Of a DNA stretch of 64,000 nucleotides, positions 58,713 to 64,000 are shown piece after piece. The notes under the pieces were generated by a model. It made no database searches. It was not told the DNA's origin and saw only the letters and a list, made by a program, of their open reading frames with translations. The stretch's first letter is position 1. Each line of letters begins with the position of its first letter. The stretch is from Zygnema circumcarinatum SAG 698-1b (Eukaryota > Plantae > Zygnematophyceae). Position numbers and translations under genes: made by a program. The stretch covers positions 248,001 to 312,000 of the forward strand of contig CM074814.1 in NCBI GenBank assembly GCA_037447605.1, in the 5' to 3' direction.

Positions 58713-61700
58713 TGTTAGTGAGTGGTACATAGTTCATGAAGAGCATGTAGTTGTTTCGGAGTCTAGTTCGCATGCTTGTCTAGGATCTACACATCAGGTG
58801 GAGCATGTGGCGCATTCTGATTGGCCGCTGCATAGGCGCGGAGCGCTGTGATTGGTCGTGTTACGTGGCGCTCGGAGATGTACGTGATTGTACGGACGGG
58901 GAGCTCCAGAAAACTCGCGGCGTTCCTTACGCCGGAAAATCATTGGCGTGCAAGGCGCGCAGTGGCGTGACGTGACGGAGAGTGTTCCGGAAGTCACGTC
59001 ACACTGTGACTAATAAATTACGATGCAAATGAGCGGGCTGTAACCCTTAGTGCAGGCTGCTAGGTGCAGAGTAGAGGCTTGCCAGTGTGTGGTGAAGCTT
59101 TACAGCATAAGGGGGACACTCTTGTAGTGGAGTAGAGAAGCGCAGGAGGGGCTCTTGTTGTGTTCTTGTACTCCGTTTTGAAGTTAAGAGTTTTCAGCAT
59201 TTGTGCATTCTCTTATCTTCTGAATCTTCGATCTGTTCATTCATTCTTTGCTTGGGGCAGTCTTTGCTTTGTGAGTGTGATTCTGTGTTTCCGCAAGGCT
59301 GGCGTCTCCTAGTCCAAGGAGTAGTGGGATGTCATCCTCGGAGGGATCTTCTACTAGGACCGGAGGCTCCACATCTACAAGTGGTATCAGAGCTAAAGAC
59401 CGAGCAGAAGGTGATGACGATCGGAAGATTGGAGTGCCATTGTTTGATGGCCATAACTACAAGACGTGGAGGTGGCGAATGAAGAAAGTGCTGTTGAGCC
59501 GAGACCTTCTTGGAGTTGTTGATGGCACGGAGGAGAGACCAACCACCGGTGCTGAAGATATCAAGGAGTGGCTTCGAAAGGACAGGAAAGCTCAAGCACT
59601 TATCGCCTTAACTGTGAAGGATGAGCAGTCGCTTGCACTGCAAGAGTTAGAGACTAGTGCTGAAATGTGGAAGAGTCTAGAGGATGTGTATGATGTCAAA
59701 TCTCATACCACGGTTGTCCACTTGTACTCAGAACTAGGTAATTTGAGAATGTCCGAAGATGAAGAGCTGGCAGATTATATGCAGAGGTTCGATAGCTTGA
59801 TGCAGAGGTTTGCCCTTGCAAGTAAGCCGTTGGACTCAGATCATAAGATCAGCGTCTTCTTAGAGGGTCTGCCCAAAAGATTTGAGTTTGCTGTCATTTC
59901 CATTAAGACACTTCTCACTACTGCCAATCTAACCATAAACGAGGTGAAGGGCAGAGTGAGGGAGGAGGATGAAAGGCAGGCAAAGGCTAAGGTTTCGAGT
60001 GACAAGGTGCTGGCGCTAAGGTGGTCGCAGCAAAAGCACAAAGGAGGGGGGAGACCCAAGGTGGACAAGCGCAGCTCGGGACTGAGTTGCTACAACTGCG
60101 GAAAGCCAGGACACGTGAAGACCAACTGCCCGGAGCTGAAGAAGGATAATGCGAGTGGAGCAGGCCCTTCTAAGTTAGCCGCAAAGGAGAAGGTCAAAGG
60201 AGCGTGTCACAAGTGCGGGAAGTTTGGCCACTTCAAGGCAAACTGTCCTGACGGAAATTCAGAGAAGACTCTAATGGCTGCTGAAGGCGAGTATTCAGAG
60301 TTTGCGAATGGAATCCAAGTGCGGGATTATGGATTGAGGCCTTGGCTGATTGATTCGGGAGCATCCAAGCATATGTGCGTGGATGAGTCACTTTTCGTGG
60401 AGAAGAAGGCGCTGCAGCATGCACGTTCTGTTTATTCTGCCACCGGAGATGGAGTTGAGGTGACGCAAGGAGGATCGGTCGAGCTGGAGGTACTCAATGG
60501 GGGTGTAGGGGCAGTGCTGACCATAGGGAATGTGCTGCACACCCCGGGACTACAGAATAACTTTCTTTCTGTGAGTCAAATCTGCGAGGAAGGCTGCAAG
60601 GTGTGGTTTGATAGAGTGGCGTGCGCAGTAGTTGACGAGAATACCGGGAGGACCCTATGTAGAGGCATGCAAAAGAATGGCCTTTATTATCTGAATTGGG
60701 GTGGGAAGCCGGTGGAGGTGGTCAATTCAGTTGAAGAGGACCCCAAGGTGAGACTCTGGCATCGCAGACTTGGACACCTTGGATTCAGAGGTTTGAAGCG
60801 CCTTGCAGATGAGAAGTTAGTCAGAGGATTGGATGTGGAAGGTGTAAGGGGAGAAGGACACGGGACTTGTGAAGATTGTGTCGTAGGAAAAGCTCATAGG
60901 NGGCCGTTTGGTCAAGGAGCGGTGGCGCAAATCTNTCGGGAGANANNGGNNNNNNNGCNNNNNGNCNTNTNNNNNCNNNNNNNNNNNNNNNNNNNNGNTN
61001 NNGCTAACTATTTCATCACCTTTCTTGATGATTGCTCAAGGAAAGTATGGGTGAAAACGCTCACCAAGAAATCGGAAGCTTTTCAGGCCTTCAAGGAGTG
61101 GCAGCTGCAGGCCGAGAGGGAGACAGGGATGAAACTAAAAACTCTAAGGTCAGACAATGGTGGAGAGTACACTTCTCACCAGTTTAGAGATTACCTGAAG
61201 TCCCTCGGAGTGAAACATGAGTTCACTGCCCCTTACTCTCCTCAAAGTAACGGAGCTGCTGAGAGGATGAATAGGACGCTAGGAGATATGGCAAGGACTA
61301 TGCTGAATGAGTCGCCATTTCCGCTATCGTTTTGGGCTGAGGCGATCACGGCGGCAGCGTATATTCGGAACAGGTGCCCTACATCTGTCTTGAAGGATAA
61401 AGTTCCGGAGGAAGTGTGGACAGGCAAGAAGCCGACTGTTGAGCACTTTCGAGTTTGGGGCTCAAAGTGCTTTATTCACGTTCCAAAGCACAAGCAAGCG
61501 CAGAAGTTCAGTCCTCGATCTGTGGAAGGATACTTCCTTGGCTACAATGAAGATAGCCAGACTTACCGGATCTGGAACCCAGTCACAAAGAAGGTGGAAA
61601 GGAGTCGTGACATAATTGTGCAAGAATTCCACAAGTATTCAGAGAAGCTGGATGGAGAGAAGGACGTGAACACGAGAAGGCTTGTGTTTCCATGGGTTCC

Positions 61701-64000
61701 AGAAGATTCAGGAAGGGCTGAGGAAGCAGCATTACCACGGCCAGATATTCAGCATAGCCCACCGATGGAGCATGTCACTAATCCGCTAGATTCTGTACCT
61801 GAGGAGGGACCGCTTGAGGAGGAAGCACCCGAGGAGGAGGAGCCATCAGCGGACTTGCAGGTGCAGCCAGCAAAGGAGTCAGGAGAGAGGCAAGGATTCA
61901 CTCCAAACTATGAGAACAGGAGTGATCGTCCAAGGAGGCAACCTGGTTGGTTGGCAGACTACCACCAACCACCATATTGGAAGGCAAAAAGGACGAAGAA
62001 GGTCAGAACACCTAGTGACTCAGCTGACTTTGCTGGCATTGCTGCGTGCATGATGGCTCATATTTCAGAACCTCAGAGTTATGCGGAAGCTTTGCAGGGT
62101 GAGGATGCTGAAAAGTGGAGGGCAGCAATAGATAGTGAGCTGAATAGTTTGAAAGTAAATGGAACCTGGAGATTGGAGGAGCTTCCTAAGGGTAGGAAGG
62201 CTATAGGCTGCAAATGGGTGTTTAAGGTGAAGCGGAAGGCAGATGGGAGCGTAGATCGCTACAAGGCCAGGCTGGTTGCAAAGGGGTATAGCCAGAAAGA
62301 GGGCATTGATTATTCGGAGACTTTTGCACCAGTGGTTAAGTTCAATTCCCTTAGATCACTCATTTCGATTGCAGCAGCGGAGAGAATGCATGTCCATCAA
62401 CTTGATATAAAGACTGCATTTCTCTATGGAGATCTAAGTGAGGAAATTTATATGGAGCAGCCGGAAGGTACAGTGGTGGAAGGACAAGAACATCTCGTAT
62501 GCAGGCTGGTAAAGAGTCTTTACGGCCTCAAGCAAGCACCCCGGATTTGGTACCAGAAGATAGACGATCTTTTACGGAGGAATGGGTACAAGCGTTTTGA
62601 GTCAGACCACTCTGTCTACAGCAAAGGTATCGGGAAGGAGCTGCTATACGTGGGCATTTACGTGGACGATCTGATCATTGTAAGTTCCTCCATGCAAAGC
62701 ATTCAGAGTCTGAAAGATTTGATGAAGGAGAACTTCCAGATGACAGATTTAGGAGAGGCCCAGTATCTGTTGGGAATTCAGCTCAAGAGGGGGCGTGATG
62801 GTAGCTTGTTCCTTTCCCAGGAGAAGTACGCTAAGGATGTCTTAGCAAAGTTTAGAATGGACAAGTGCACTCCATGCACAAGTCCCATGGATATGTCACA
62901 GAGGCTTTCAGAATCCATGTCACCCCAGTCTCAAGAGGAGGCGAAGAAGATGGAGAATGTACCATACAGGTCTGCCATTGGAAGCCTGATGTACCTGATG
63001 ATTGGCACGAGGCCAGATCTTGCTAAGGTGGTCAGCGCAGCCAGCAGGTACATGCAGTTCCCTGGGGAGCGGCATTGGGAGGCGGTGAAGAGAATATTCA
63101 GGTTTCTGAAGGGGACTGTGGACTATGGGATTAAGTTTGAGGCAGGGAGTGGAAGTCAAGTGTATGGTTATACGGATGCAGATTGGGGAGGGGATGTAGA
63201 CACTGCTAGATCCACCTCAGGATACGCATTTGTGAACAGCGGAGGAGTTGTGACTTGGAGCTCGAAGCTTCAAGATTCTGTGGCGCTTTCAAGCACTGAG
63301 GCGGAGTATATGGCAGCCTGCCATGCAGCCAAGGAGGCCGTCTGGCTGCAGCAATTCTTCGAAGAGTGTGAGCGGCCCCAACTCCCTTTGAGGCTGTTAA
63401 CTGATAACCAGTCTTCTATGACTCTAATGCAGAATCCTGTTTTTCATAAGAGGTCAAAGCATATCAGGATTCAATATCACTTTGTCCGTGAACTTGTTGT
63501 TGAAGGAAGGATAGCTGTGGATTTTGTGCCTACAAAGGATCAAGCAGCTGACATGCTCACTAAGGGGGTCAATGGGGAGGCGCTGTGGAAGAACAGCATG
63601 CTTCTAGGATTGGGGCCTCTTAAGAACTAAGTACCAAGAGGGGGAATGTTAGTGAGTGGTACATAGTTCATGAAGAGCATGTAGTTGTTTCGGAGTCTAG
63701 TTCGCATGCTTGTCTAGGATCTACACATCAGGTGGAGCATGTGGCGCATTCTGATTGGCCGCTGCATAGGCGCGGAGCGCTGTGATTGGTCGTGTTACGT
63801 GGCGCTCGGAGATGTACGTGATTGTACGGACGGGGAGCTCCAGAAAACTCGCGGCGTTCCTTACGCCGGAAAATCATTGGCGTGCAAGGCGCGCAGTGGC
63901 GTGACGTGACGGAGAGTGTTCCGGAAGTCACGTCACACTGTGACTAATAAATTACGATGCAAATGAGCGGGCTGTAACCCTTAGTGCAGGCTGCTAGGTG
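58713..64000 (+). mobile_element. Intact Ty1/copia LTR retrotransposon (3' LTR runs off the window)
   Basis: 5' LTR 58713-59379 (TGTTAG...CTACA), PBS TGGTATCAGAGC from 59382, PPT AAGAGGGGGAA 63636-63646, 3' LTR from 63647 identical to the 5' LTR over all 354 visible bp. Confidence 0.97.
59329..63630 (+). CDS. Copia Gag-Pol polyprotein, 1433 aa
   Basis: Gag (FDGHNYKTW), two CCHC knuckles (CYNCGKPGHVKTNC, CHKCGKFGHFKANC), protease (WLIDSGASKH), pre-integrase (WHRRLGH..CEDC), integrase (LRSDNGGEY, PQSNGAAER), RT (YVDD), RNase H (TDADW, EAEY, DNQS, KHI). The order PR-IN-RT-RH is diagnostic of copia. No stops; some Ns at 60901-61002. Confidence 0.97.
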   Translation: MSSSEGSSTRTGGSTSTSGIRAKDRAEGDDDRKIGVPLFDGHNYKTWRWRMKKVLLSRDLLGVVDGTEERPTTGAEDIKEWLRKDRKAQALIALTVKDEQSLALQELETSAEMWKSLEDVYDVKSHTTVVHLYSELGNLRMSEDEELADYMQRFDSLMQRFALASKPLDSDHKISVFLEGLPKRFEFAVISIKTLLTTANLTINEVKGRVREEDERQAKAKVSSDKVLALRWSQQKHKGGGRPKVDKRSSGLSCYNCGKPGHVKTNCPELKKDNASGAGPSKLAAKEKVKGACHKCGKFGHFKANCPDGNSEKTLMAAEGEYSEFANGIQVRDYGLRPWLIDSGASKHMCVDESLFVEKKALQHARSVYSATGDGVEVTQGGSVELEVLNGGVGAVLTIGNVLHTPGLQNNFLSVSQICEEGCKVWFDRVACAVVDENTGRTLCRGMQKNGLYYLNWGGKPVEVVNSVEEDPKVRLWHRRLGHLGFRGLKRLADEKLVRGLDVEGVRGEGHGTCEDCVVGKAHRXPFGQGAVAQIXREXXXXXXXXXXXXXXXXXXXXANYFITFLDDCSRKVWVKTLTKKSEAFQAFKEWQLQAERETGMKLKTLRSDNGGEYTSHQFRDYLKSLGVKHEFTAPYSPQSNGAAERMNRTLGDMARTMLNESPFPLSFWAEAITAAAYIRNRCPTSVLKDKVPEEVWTGKKPTVEHFRVWGSKCFIHVPKHKQAQKFSPRSVEGYFLGYNEDSQTYRIWNPVTKKVERSRDIIVQEFHKYSEKLDGEKDVNTRRLVFPWVPEDSGRAEEAALPRPDIQHSPPMEHVTNPLDSVPEEGPLEEEAPEEEEPSADLQVQPAKESGERQGFTPNYENRSDRPRRQPGWLADYHQPPYWKAKRTKKVRTPSDSADFAGIAACMMAHISEPQSYAEALQGEDAEKWRAAIDSELNSLKVNGTWRLEELPKGRKAIGCKWVFKVKRKADGSVDRYKARLVAKGYSQKEGIDYSETFAPVVKFNSLRSLISIAAAERMHVHQLDIKTAFLYGDLSEEIYMEQPEGTVVEGQEHLVCRLVKSLYGLKQAPRIWYQKIDDLLRRNGYKRFESDHSVYSKGIGKELLYVGIYVDDLIIVSSSMQSIQSLKDLMKENFQMTDLGEAQYLLGIQLKRGRDGSLFLSQEKYAKDVLAKFRMDKCTPCTSPMDMSQRLSESMSPQSQEEAKKMENVPYRSAIGSLMYLMIGTRPDLAKVVSAASRYMQFPGERHWEAVKRIFRFLKGTVDYGIKFEAGSGSQVYGYTDADWGGDVDTARSTSGYAFVNSGGVVTWSSKLQDSVALSSTEAEYMAACHAAKEAVWLQQFFEECERPQLPLRLLTDNQSSMTLMQNPVFHKRSKHIRIQYHFVRELVVEGRIAVDFVPTKDQAADMLTKGVNGEALWKNSMLLGLGPLKN

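Overview
Eukaryotic nuclear DNA. Spliceosomal introns rich in CT/GA microsatellites and plant-type genes (PGPP1, SAC1-type phosphatase, SERK-like LRR-RLKs, NPH3 domain) point to a streptophyte, probably a charophyte alga; the taxon is an inference. The left 43 kb is gene-dense: a PGPP1-like HAD phosphatase (+, catalytic exon apparently missing), 3-hydroxybutyryl-CoA dehydrogenase (+, (TTAGGG)n intron arrays and a GC-AG intron), SDH2 (-), a 20-exon SAC6/7/8-like phosphoinositide phosphatase (+, with a U12 AT-AC intron), a tail-to-tail pair of SERK/LRR-II-like receptor kinases (one intact kinase, one pseudokinase with the same exon plan) and an intron-poor HSPA12-like Hsp70-fold gene. The right 20 kb is accessory and TE-rich: a truncated Hsp70-like copy split by a defective Ty1/copia element (TSD GAAGT) that contains a 444-bp TRIM with tRNA-derived LTRs, an NPH3-domain gene with acidic Trp repeats, a small orphan membrane ORF, and an intact Ty1/copia element whose LTRs are identical over the visible overlap. 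Three 0.9-2.2 kb duplications flank N-gaps and are probably assembly artefacts. The best leads are the tRNA-LTR TRIM and the kinase/pseudokinase pair. All exon models were derived by eye from splice signals and recalled homology; no database searches were run.
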